This document shows, piece by piece, positions 27,657 through 36,500 of a DNA stretch of 64,000 nt (positions within the stretch are counted from its first letter, which is position 1; the number at the start of each line of letters is the position of its first letter). This DNA comes from Candidatus Altiarchaeota archaeon (GTDB lineage Archaea; Altiarchaeota; Altiarchaeia; IMC4; SCGC-AAA252-I15), in contig JAZDNF010000009.1 in the NCBI GenBank assembly GCA_043800255.1, forward strand, positions 128,001 to 192,000, read 5' to 3'. The translations under genes and the position numbers were made by a program. Under the pieces are notes generated by a model that was not told where the DNA came from, did no database searches, and saw nothing but the letters and a program-made list of their open reading frames with translations.

Positions 27657-27995
27657 TTAGCCGGCGCATCCGCCTCCCATCACCAGCGCCACAATCTCCA
27701 CAGCCAAGACCACGATAATCAATCCGACGATGGTGTGAGTTATGCTCTCCTTCGCCTTCTTCGCCGAACCCTCCTCGGCAGAATCCCGCATAATCCTCCA
27801 GCCGTTAACTGCAATCAGAACTATCGCAAGGCCTGCTGCAACTATCTCGAAGAAAACCTTAACGTTAGTCAAAATCCCGCAGACAAGCGAGGCGGCGGCC
27901 GTCGCCGCTGTCGTCCCAGGCACCTGCGCGCTAACAGCGCCAACCATCAGAAACAAAAGCGCTAAAGCAACTTTTGCCATGTAATATATGCTCAA
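27657..27995 (-). CDS. VirB2/TrbC-like (CedA1-like) pilin
   Basis: Signal peptide ending VSAQ, then two TM helices around GWRIM.DSAEEG.AKKAKESI...IVGLIIV. Confidence 0.65.
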   Translation of the reverse strand: MSIYYMAKVALALLFLMVGAVSAQVPGTTAATAAASLVCGILTNVKVFFEIVAAGLAIVLIAVNGWRIMRDSAEEGSAKKAKESITHTIVGLIIVVLAVEIVALVMGGGCAG

Positions 27996-28104
27996 ACATG
28001 ATTAAAAAATAAGGGGTACGGAAGAAGAGATTCGAAATCGAATTCCAGAAGTTGCTGTTAGCGACTTAGGTACAAAAACGTCCAGATGATACACTTCTTT
28101 CTTT

Positions 28105-28288
28105 TTTCGTCAACGTTTCTCTTTTTCGTCAACGCTTAACTTTTCTTTCTCTTTCCTCAAAATCGATAACATCGATTTTGGGACACGCGAATCTCCGATT
28201 CGCATTATCGTCAACGTTTCTCTTTCTTTGAAACTTTTGAAAAAAGTTTCATCAAAAGTTTTGGCCAACCTTTTTCTAAAAGGTTGAA
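28105..28288. repeat. Cluster of short REP-like direct repeats and hairpins downstream of the tRNA
   Basis: TCGTCAACG occurs three times, two of them as TCGTCAACGTTTCTCTTT. Hairpins GCGAATC-TCC-GATTCGC, GAAACTTTT..AAAAGTTTC and CAACCTTTT..AAAAGGTTG. Confidence 0.7.
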
Positions 28289-28433
28289 AGCAGGGGGAGA
28301 GATTTGAACTCCCGTTAGTCGGTCGCTGTGTTCTTCCTTTTTCTTTCTTTTTCGTGAACGTTTTTCTTTCTTTCCTAAAGAAAGAAAAAGGTTCTCTGCA
28401 GCCGACTGCCGAACCAGGCTAGGCAACCCCTGC
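28289..28433 (-). tRNA. tRNA-Cys(GCA) with a 72-nt intron at position 37/38 (intron 28324-28395)
   Basis: Acceptor stem GCAGGGG/CCCCTGC with U73. Anticodon arm GTCGG-CTGCAG^A-CCGAC. T-arm GGGAG-TTCAAAT-CTCTC. Mature length 73 nt without CCA. Confidence 0.93.
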
Positions 28434-28651
28434 GAATCTTTTTTAAAATATTCCGAGAAATCGGATTTGCCGATTTCTGGACGCAAAATTGCTCTGCAAT
28501 TTTGCTGTCATCGAAAGGTGCAGCGTGCGCTCGCATTCGCTCGCTTAGCTGCACTTAATGGAGTATATTATAGTTATTTTTTGGTTTAAATGTTTGCGCT
28601 TTTTAACACCTGTTTGTAATATATTAGCCTATTGTTTTGAGGTCTTATAAG

Positions 28652-29047
28652 ATGGCTGTAGAGGATGTTAAGAAGGGGGGGGAACCTGTTGAGGATGATG
28701 ATGAGGCTATGGACGCGAAAGAGCAGCTTGCCTTCGCGACCGCCCCGATTGTGAGGCTGATAAAGGAGGAGCTTGACAACGACAAGATGGTAAGGCGGCA
28801 GGTTAAGGTCGCCATGAACAAGTGGCTTGAGAAGCTCGTCCGCAAGGTCTCGAAGAAGATGAACGAGAGCGAGTACACGGTTGTCGAGATTGATGACTTT
28901 AAGACTGCGATAGAGCCTTATGAGATGATAGACGACGTCGAAGGGGAGAGGCACAGGATTGTCGCCTCGCTTGAGAAGATAAAACAGGACTGCGACAGCC
29001 TTATCAGGGACGTCAACAGGAAGTTCTTAAGCCCGGACGAAGTCTAG
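28652..29047 (+). CDS. Histone-fold protein with acidic N-tail and C-terminal coiled coil
   Basis: FATAPIVRLIKEEL...VRRQVKVAM..WLE...VVEIDDFKTAI matches the histone fold. ATG at 28652. Confidence 0.7.
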   Translation: MAVEDVKKGGEPVEDDDEAMDAKEQLAFATAPIVRLIKEELDNDKMVRRQVKVAMNKWLEKLVRKVSKKMNESEYTVVEIDDFKTAIEPYEMIDDVEGERHRIVASLEKIKQDCDSLIRDVNRKFLSPDEV

Positions 29048-30045
29048 ATTAGTATAAGTCGGTCTGATTTGTTGTTCCCTAGGACGGCTCTGACAGTCCC
29101 GTTGGCCCCTACTTCTGCCGTTCCGGATATTAGCACCCGCTCACCTTTCTTTGCGTTCTCAGAGAACCTGCCCCTGAAGGAGAGAGCATAATCCAGGCTG
29201 CTCACATGGCCGTCCGTTATTTTTACATCCTCCAGAGGATAGACTGACGGAGTGAAGATGCTATCGGAATCGTCAGCTATTACTGCAGAGGCCCGCACAC
29301 CGCCAACCCGCTTGGATGATACGGAGAACATGCCATCATCAACCTCCCTCGGGCGCCTGACCATCCTGATGAAAAACTCCGAACTATTGTAGATTCCCTG
29401 CAGGAGCTTCCTGCTCTCCGCCCGGACGAACTCATCCAGCTTGTAGCCGAGTGGTGCGCCCCTCATCGCATACAATTTGCTGATTGTGCCTATGTCATAT
29501 CCTTTTAGGGCGGCGTCAAAGAGGTTAGGAAGGCAATCATAGACCATCCGGCAGCTGCCCTCGCCGTATACTATGAGATCCAAGTCAGAGGAGGGATTAT
29601 GCAGTCCAACCGACATTGACCCGGTAACCCCGACAGACTCCACAGGCACTCCGGAAGACTCAACAAGCATATCGGAAAAGTCAACTGCCAGCCTCTGGAG
29701 GCTGTCCAACCTGGAAGACCCTCTGAGAGCATCCAAACGCTGAACAGGGTCGTAGACTTCAACTATGGAGTCAAAGGGAACTCTCTGAACCTCAAAGCCC
29801 AGAGTCTTGTCGAATCCCATGTACTGAGGAAACCTGGCCTTCACGAGGGAGTTGCTATCTTCGAGAGTATCAAGCTTCCGGTAACCTCGTCTGCTGCCTT
29901 CTCTGTTAGGATAGTATCTCAGCACAGCATATGAGCAACCGTCCGGCTGCACGACACCCTTGACAGAGAAGATAAGATTCTCGGCTGTTTTAATGGAATA
30001 GCCCTCGATTATGCTGCCAGCCGACCTTCCTTTTATAGTAGTCAT
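29044..30045 (-). CDS. Pol-beta-like nucleotidyltransferase domain protein (COG1665-like)
   Basis: GVTGS..VGL...SSDLDLIVYG motif. Confidence 0.8.
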   Translation of the reverse strand: MTTIKGRSAGSIIEGYSIKTAENLIFSVKGVVQPDGCSYAVLRYYPNREGSRRGYRKLDTLEDSNSLVKARFPQYMGFDKTLGFEVQRVPFDSIVEVYDPVQRLDALRGSSRLDSLQRLAVDFSDMLVESSGVPVESVGVTGSMSVGLHNPSSDLDLIVYGEGSCRMVYDCLPNLFDAALKGYDIGTISKLYAMRGAPLGYKLDEFVRAESRKLLQGIYNSSEFFIRMVRRPREVDDGMFSVSSKRVGGVRASAVIADDSDSIFTPSVYPLEDVKITDGHVSSLDYALSFRGRFSENAKKGERVLISGTAEVGANGTVRAVLGNNKSDRLILI

Positions 30046-30067
30046 TTCTATATTATATGAACCTGAG

Positions 30068-30481
30068 ATGGACTATAACTATGAGAATCTGCTGGACAGG
30101 GCGTGGAAGAACCTGCCTGAAAAGCTGAAAAGCCCGACAAGATTCGAAGTACCGACGGCGGATACGCTCATTGAAGGAAATCAGACCATAATAAAGAACA
30201 TCAACGACATCGAGAGCACCCTCAACAGGGAGGGCAAATACATACTAAAGTACCTTTCGAAGGACCTCGCAGCCCCTGTGCTGATGGAGGGCAGCAGGGC
30301 CATAGTCCAGAGGAAGATCAGGAACAGCATCATCAACGAGAAAATCCAGGCATACGCTAAGGAATACGTCATCTGCCACGAGTGCGGGAGACCTGACACG
30401 AAGATAACGACCCTGGAAGGCCAGAAGATAATAAAATGCGAGGCCTGCGGCGGATGGTGGCCTCTTAAGAGGATAAAATAG
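30068..30481 (+). CDS. eif2b: Translation initiation factor aIF2 beta subunit
   Basis: The + strand reads MDYNYENLLDRA...RFEVP...YVICHECGRPDT...CEACG. The track strand label is wrong. Confidence 0.95.
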   Translation: MDYNYENLLDRAWKNLPEKLKSPTRFEVPTADTLIEGNQTIIKNINDIESTLNREGKYILKYLSKDLAAPVLMEGSRAIVQRKIRNSIINEKIQAYAKEYVICHECGRPDTKITTLEGQKIIKCEACGGWWPLKRIK

Positions 30482-30778
30482 ATGTACTACGTCAAAGTAC
30501 ATGAGGTTGACGGGGACCGCATCGTCGCCGCCTGCGACAAAGAGCTTCTAGGCAAGAGTCTGAGCGAGGGTGAGATAATGTTTGAAGTCAGCAGATCCTT
30601 TTACGGCGACAGGCTTGTGGACGAGACAACACTGCTCACCGAACTGGACAGCGCAACCATAGCCAACCTGGTGGGCAACAAAACAATCCAGACTGCGGTA
30701 GATAACGGCATCATAGGCGCGGAGAACGTCATAACCATAGCTGGGGTAAAACACGCCCAGATAATAAGCGTACAATGA
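30482..30778 (+). CDS. DUF424 family protein
   Basis: VAACDKELLG, FYG, ATIANLVG and GVKHAQ motifs. Confidence 0.88.
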   Translation: MYYVKVHEVDGDRIVAACDKELLGKSLSEGEIMFEVSRSFYGDRLVDETTLLTELDSATIANLVGNKTIQTAVDNGIIGAENVITIAGVKHAQIISVQ

Positions 30779-31764
30779 AGGACATAGAACTCCCCCGAAA
30801 AGTGTTGGTCGGACACGGCGTGCTGAAGAAGACCGGAGGCCTGATCAAAAGCCTACACCTGAGAGGAAGGTCATACGTCATATGCGATAGGATTACAAGA
30901 GAGGTCGCCGGCAACTCCGTCGCCAGCCAGACGCATTCTGAGATCGTCGAGGAAACAACCGCTGAGGGGATAAAGGAGCGGATTCACAAGAGCGCCAAGT
31001 ACCTTATCGCAGTCGGAGGGGGCACGGTGATAGACGCTGTCAAGATAGCAGCCTATGACGCCGGCATACCCTACATCAGCATACCAACGGCAGCATCCCA
31101 TGACGGGATAGCCTCGCCCAGGGCGTCAGTCAAAAAGGACAAGCCGATGTCCTTCATGACGAACTCCCCGCTGGGCATAGTCGCTGACACCCTGATAATC
31201 GCAAACGCCCCTGAAAGACTTTTATCCGCAGGCTGCGCTGACGCGATCAGCAACTACACTGCCGTTTTGGACTGGCAGCTCGCAAAGAAGGAGAAAAACG
31301 AATACTACGGCGATTACGCTGCCGCCCTGTCGATGCTGAGCGCGGAGATTGTGATGGACAACGCCGACAAGGTCAAGGAGAACGTTAGCATAGTAGTCGA
31401 GGCGCTGATATCAAGCGGCGTCGCCATTGGGATTGCAGGCTCTTCGAGGCCGTGCTCCGGAAGCGAACACCAGTTCAGCCACTCCCTGGACATCATATGC
31501 GAGAAGCCTGCCCTCCACGGGGAGCAGTGCGGAGTCGGCACCATAATGATGGCATACCTCCACAAGGCGGACTGGAAGAGGGTGAGGAGGTCACTGGAGA
31601 AGGTCGGGGCGCCGGTCAACGCAAGACAGCTTGGGATTGACGATTCCACGATCATTGAGGCGCTTACCAAGGCCCACAACGTCAGGGACAGGTATACAAT
31701 ACTGAGAGACGGCCTGTCGGAGAGGAGGGCTGAGAACCTTGCCAAAAAGACGGGAGTGATATGA
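30775..31764 (+). CDS. egsA: sn-glycerol-1-phosphate dehydrogenase
   Basis: GGGTVID, PTAASHDGIASP, SSRPCSGSEHQFSH and LHGEQCG motifs. Confidence 0.95.
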   Translation: MKDIELPRKVLVGHGVLKKTGGLIKSLHLRGRSYVICDRITREVAGNSVASQTHSEIVEETTAEGIKERIHKSAKYLIAVGGGTVIDAVKIAAYDAGIPYISIPTAASHDGIASPRASVKKDKPMSFMTNSPLGIVADTLIIANAPERLLSAGCADAISNYTAVLDWQLAKKEKNEYYGDYAAALSMLSAEIVMDNADKVKENVSIVVEALISSGVAIGIAGSSRPCSGSEHQFSHSLDIICEKPALHGEQCGVGTIMMAYLHKADWKRVRRSLEKVGAPVNARQLGIDDSTIIEALTKAHNVRDRYTILRDGLSERRAENLAKKTGVI

Positions 31765-32498
31765 GGAACATCATAGAATCATGGGTCAAACAGAGGGGGA
31801 AGCTCCATTTCACGCTGATAGACCCTGACAGGCAGACGCCGGAAGACGCCGCCAAGCTTGCGCTGACAGCGCAGGAGAACGGCTCTGATGCGATAATGGC
31901 GGGCGGGTCAACGGCAGGCATCGAAACCGTTGACAGAGCTTGTAAAAGCATAAAAGAGGCGGTCGACATTCCCATCATCCTATTTCCCTCAGGCTCTGCG
32001 GGAGTGACAAGACACGCGGATTACATATTCTTCATGAGCCTCCTGAATTCTAAGAAGAGGAGGTACCTGGTCGAGGAGCAGCTGATCGGAGCGCCGCTTG
32101 TGAAAAAGCTGGGCATCACTCCGATACCGATGGGCTATCTGCTCATAAGCACGAGCAGGGAGCAGACTACTGTCGAGAAGGTTGCGGATCCTGACATCAT
32201 AAGGGCGTCTGACATTGAGAAGGCGAAAGCGTATGCGCTGACTGCGCAGTACTTTGGGATGCACTGCGTCTACCTTGAGGCAGGCTCCGGCGCCGACAAG
32301 CCGGTCCCGCCTCAGATGGTAGAAGAGGTTAAGGGCTTCCTGGAAGTCCCCCTAATCGTCGGCGGGGGCATAAAGGATTCTGTGAGCGCCGAAAAAGCGG
32401 CAACGGCAGGCGCCGATGCCATAGTCACAGGCACCATCGGCGAGCGGGACACTAAGACCCTGGCAGACATCATAAGAAAGGTTAAGGGATTGCGATAA
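31761..32498 (+). CDS. Geranylgeranylglyceryl phosphate synthase
   Basis: HFTLIDPD, AIMAGGST, YLEAGSGA and LIVGGGI motifs. Confidence 0.93.
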   Translation: MRNIIESWVKQRGKLHFTLIDPDRQTPEDAAKLALTAQENGSDAIMAGGSTAGIETVDRACKSIKEAVDIPIILFPSGSAGVTRHADYIFFMSLLNSKKRRYLVEEQLIGAPLVKKLGITPIPMGYLLISTSREQTTVEKVADPDIIRASDIEKAKAYALTAQYFGMHCVYLEAGSGADKPVPPQMVEEVKGFLEVPLIVGGGIKDSVSAEKAATAGADAIVTGTIGERDTKTLADIIRKVKGLR

Positions 32499-32499
32499 G

Positions 32500-33105
32500 A
32501 TGAAGGTCGGCCTGATAGACTACGGAGCAGGGAACCTGAGGAGCATAAAGAACGCGCTCACACTGCTGAAGGCTGAAACGCTCATTGTCGAAAAGCCCGA
32601 ACAGTTGGCTGATGTAGATGCTATCATACTGCCTGGCGTCGGGAATTTCGGAGATGCCATGGAGAAGCTCAAGGACTTCAGGAAGCCGCTGGAGGATGCC
32701 ATAAGCTCCGGAGTCCCTTTCATGGGATTGTGCCTTGGGATACAGATACTGCTTGAGGGTAGCGACGAATCGCCTGGCGCGGAAGGCCTTGGAATCTTCG
32801 AAGGACGGTGCGAGAGGCTCCCCAGGAGAGTTAAGATCCCTCACATGGGCTGGAACGCCTTGGACATCGTGAGAGACGACCCCATACTTGGAGGGCTGAA
32901 GGACGGCGATGACGTATATTTTGTGCACTCCTATTTTCCAAATCCCAAAGACAAGAGATTGATAATAGCTGAGACAGACTATGGATTAAGGTTTCCATCG
33001 CTCATAGGCGATGGAACAGTATATGCTACGCAGTTCCACCCTGAGAAGAGCGGTAAAAATGGGTTGAAGATTCTGGACAACTTCCTCAGCATCGGGCGCA
33101 AGTGA
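32500..33105 (+). CDS. hisH: Imidazole glycerol phosphate synthase glutaminase subunit
   Basis: IDYGAGNL, LPGVG, GLCLG.Q, PHMGWN, YFVHSY and QFHPEKS motifs. Confidence 0.95.
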   Translation: MKVGLIDYGAGNLRSIKNALTLLKAETLIVEKPEQLADVDAIILPGVGNFGDAMEKLKDFRKPLEDAISSGVPFMGLCLGIQILLEGSDESPGAEGLGIFEGRCERLPRRVKIPHMGWNALDIVRDDPILGGLKDGDDVYFVHSYFPNPKDKRLIIAETDYGLRFPSLIGDGTVYATQFHPEKSGKNGLKILDNFLSIGRK

Positions 33106-33142
33106 ATAGTAGAGTCTAATCTCAAAGGGATGCGATAGTCCA

Positions 33143-33313
33143 TCATCTGCCTACCCTTTGCAATCTGGCATAGGTTACCCTCTTCGAAGCAGGTCTTGTA
33201 ACCCAGAGCATCGCTCGTTTTAATGCCTCGAAAATGCCTAACACTAGGCCGAGCCTCAGCACCTTGGCTCCGTAGAAGATAACCCGGAACAACAGGTCTA
33301 CAGACTCTATCAT
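33143..33313 (-). CDS. Putative 56-aa small protein (not in track)
   Basis: MIESVDLLFRVIFYGAKVLRLGLVLGIFEAL... Starts 1 nt after the stop of the upstream 28-aa ORF, preceded by GGTGG. Confidence 0.45.
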   Translation of the reverse strand: MIESVDLLFRVIFYGAKVLRLGLVLGIFEALKRAMLWVTRPASKRVTYARLQRVGR

Positions 33314-33314
33314 C

Positions 33315-33401
33315 TCAGACCACCCACCCTGTGAGCATTCTCACCAACGTCCAACCGTAGAAGACTAGTTCCACGGTCCTTAACATGGTTATTTTGTCCA
33401 T
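33315..33401 (-). CDS. Putative 28-aa hydrophobic peptide (not in track)
   Basis: MDKITMLRTVELVFYGWTLVRMLTGWVV, preceded by the SD-like GGGGGTGA. Confidence 0.45.
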   Translation of the reverse strand: MDKITMLRTVELVFYGWTLVRMLTGWVV

Positions 33402-33598
33402 TCACATCACCCCCAATTTAAGGGATAGGTTGGCCGCACGTCAACTTATGGTTACGCTCGTTCTCGTTCCCTGCATCACCTCCTGTCGTGTTTTCATATT
33501 ATACTGTAATATACTAGGTTAGCCCGATAAAAGAATATGGTGACAAATCAGGGTGACAATAGTGTTAAAACAGTGTCAGGGCAAGAATAGGGTCATTT

Positions 33599-36500
33599 CT
33601 ATCTGATAGGCAGGACCACGCTAAAAATCGAACCCCTACCCTCCTCGCTCTCTACTCCGATAGTGCCCTGATGAGCCTCGACGATCTTCTTACAAACAGC
33701 GAGCCCTAGTCCAACACCCTTGTATTTCCTCCTTCGGGAGGAGTCAACCTGGTAGAAACTCTCGAATATTTTACCAACCTCGCCCTTGGGTATCCCGATG
33801 CCAGTATCCTTAATCTTGATGACGATGTTCCTGCCCAATCTAGAAACGCTGACTGTTATGCTCCCGCCGCGGGGCGTGAACTTGAGGGCATTGTCCAGAA
33901 GGTTGGAGACGACCTGAGACAGCCTGTCACTGTCACACCTGATGAGTGGAATCTTAGAAGGCATTCTGAAACCCAAGTTTATGCCCGACCGCTCGGCAGC
34001 AGGCCTGACATAGTTCACAACATCTTTGACGACTGTTCTAACGTCCAGCTTACGGAAGTTGAACTCCAGCTGGCCGGCCTCTATCCTGCTAAGGTCGAGT
34101 ATGTCGTTCACCAGCTTTATGAGAGCGTCGATGTTCTTCACCATGATGTCGATCTTCTCCTTCTGTTTGGGGTTCAAAATGCCGAACGTCTCGTCCTGGA
34201 GCAGCTCGCCGTAGCCTCTGAGTATGGTCAGAGGCGTCTGAAGCTCGTGGGATGCTATGGAGACGAACTCAGACTTCAGGTTGTCAAGCTCCTTGAGCTG
34301 CTCGTGAGCCTCCTGCAATCTCCTGTAGTTGTCCTCAAGCTGCTCCTGCATTTCCATCCTCTTGGTGACGTCCCTGAAAACGTAGACCGCCGAGGTTATC
34401 CCCCCTGCAGAGTCCTTCAGCGGGTAGGCTCTCACATCATGCCATATCCTCCTGCCTTTTTCAATGTGGTGATGCAGGTCTGCCGATTTTTTTCCGCTCT
34501 TGAACATTTCAGACACGACGCAATAGGAGCAGGGTTTCTTGAAATTGTGGATGACACTGTAACAGGACACGCCCTCAATCCTCTTTTTAGGCTTCCTCAG
34601 GCTCTTTCTGAAGGCCTCATTGTAGCTCACAATCCGCATGTCTCTGTTTATGACCACAAGGCCCTCGTCTATCGCATTGATTATCGTTTCAAGATGGTTC
34701 TTGATGGAGAGTATCTCCTCCTGGGCCCTCTTTCTTTCGGTTATGTCATGTATTACGGCGATCCCTCCCAGGATATCCCCCTTCTCATCGCGCAATGGAA
34801 AATAGTGCCCCTCAAAGTAACCGGTATTCCCTGTTTCGGGCACGATGTAAGGCCTATCCTCTGCAATGACCGTCTCGCCCCTCAGAGCGGCCTTGAAGAA
34901 CTTGTCTTCTCCGGTCTTTTTCAGGAATGGGAAGACGTCGAATGCGACCCTCCCCAACGCTTTGCCATTTTTTATACCAGATATCCTCTCCATACCTGGA
35001 TTCCATATGATGTACCTGAACTTCCTGTCAAAGGCCAGGATGCCGTCAACGCTCCCAGTGATCACGCCCGCTGAGAGGATTTTCTCCCTAAGCATCGCCT
35101 CCTGGGCCCTCTTCTCCTCAGTGATGTCGTGGAAGGCTGCCTGAATGTATCTCTTACCGCTGATTTCAACATCTGTTGTTGAGATCTCAATGTCCCTGAC
35201 TTCGCCGTTCTTTCTTATGATCTGAAGCTCATAGCGCGGTGGGACATACTTCCCCTTATCCCTCTTCTTTATCCTCTCCAGCACCAGCTTCCTCGAACTG
35301 GGGGCGATGGTACTCAAGAGCTGTTTCTTCTTGAACTCATCAAGAGACGTGTAGCCGTATATTTTCAGGAGCGCATCATTGGCGTCCACGATACGGTTGC
35401 CCTGCGATATGCCGATGCCCTCGATCGAGCTCTCGAAGAGGCTCCTGTATTTGGCCTCCGATGCCGCAAGCTCCCTCTCAGCCTTCTTTCTTGCAGTTAT
35501 GTCCCTGAAGATGCCCTCAACCCCGAGAACCTTGCCATCTTTGTCCCTGTAGTAGTGGGAGCTGGTGCTCACCGTAAAGACGCTGCCGTCCCTCCGCCTC
35601 AATTCAACCTCATAGTCCGCCACCCAGCCACTCTTTTTCAGATCGCGGAGGAACTTCTTCCTGTCCTTAGGATGGGCATAGATGCTATTGGCGACGTCTA
35701 AGCCTAGCATATCATCGGGGGATGCGTAGCCGAGTTTCTTCGCAGTTGACGGGGAGACCCAGACGAACCTGCCTTTCGCGTCCGTCCTGTAGAAGGCGTC
35801 CTGCATGCTGTTGAAGACTGAGCGCAGGCGCTCCTCGCTCTCCTTCAAGGCCTCAACAGCCTTTTTCCGCTCTGTGATGTCCTCGATTACGCCGTCAATA
35901 TAGGTTAGACTTCCTTTTTTGTCGTTTACAAGCACTGCTGAGACCGAGCCGATGAACTGTGTGCCGTCTTTTCTCTTGAGATGCAGCTCCTCGTCCTTTA
36001 CAAAACCCTGTCTTCTTATCTTTCTGATGAATTTCAGCCTGTCCTTAGGATTCTGGTATGTATCCCTGACCTTGGCCTTGAGGAATTCACCGCGGTCTTT
36101 ATAGCCCATCCGCCTGATGAGGGCTGGATTAGACTCAATGAATCTGCCGTCTCCCTCGACTGTGCTCCTGTAGACTCCGACGTTCAGGTTCTCGGTCAGC
36201 GTCTTGTACTTTTCCTCGCTCACCTTAAGCTGTTCGTATAGATTCTGCAGCTCCTTGAAGTTGGACTTTAAAATCACCTCGTTTGCTCGCTGAGTCCCCT
36301 CAAGTTTCTTCCGCTTCGTGATATCCCTCACGGCTGCGATAAAACCGCTGGGCTTCCCCTGCGAGTTCTTCACCAAGGCAGCGTTTAATTCGCCGGTGAA
36401 ACGGGTTCTGTCCTTCCTCAGCATGGCATACTCAAGATCCCTTACGACACCCTCCCTGAAAGTTTTGCGAAGGTTCTTAAGCGCCCGCTGACGGTCTTCC

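Noticed and set aside
28105-28290. Short repeats as a CRISPR array
   Set aside because: Only 2-3 short copies with irregular spacing, no unique spacers of uniform length and no cas genes.
28211-28486. 91-aa Lys-rich ORF
   Set aside because: It runs through tRNA-Cys and low-complexity repeats, so it is spurious.
30011-30481. ORF track lists aIF2-beta on the minus strand starting at 30011
   Set aside because: The listed peptide reads directly from the + strand. The likely start is ATG 30068, because the 30011 start would overlap the divergent gene.
33441-33476. 11-aa ORF MQGTRTSVTIS after GGAGGTG
   Set aside because: The SD-like sequence abuts the ATG with no spacing and the ORF is too short to support.
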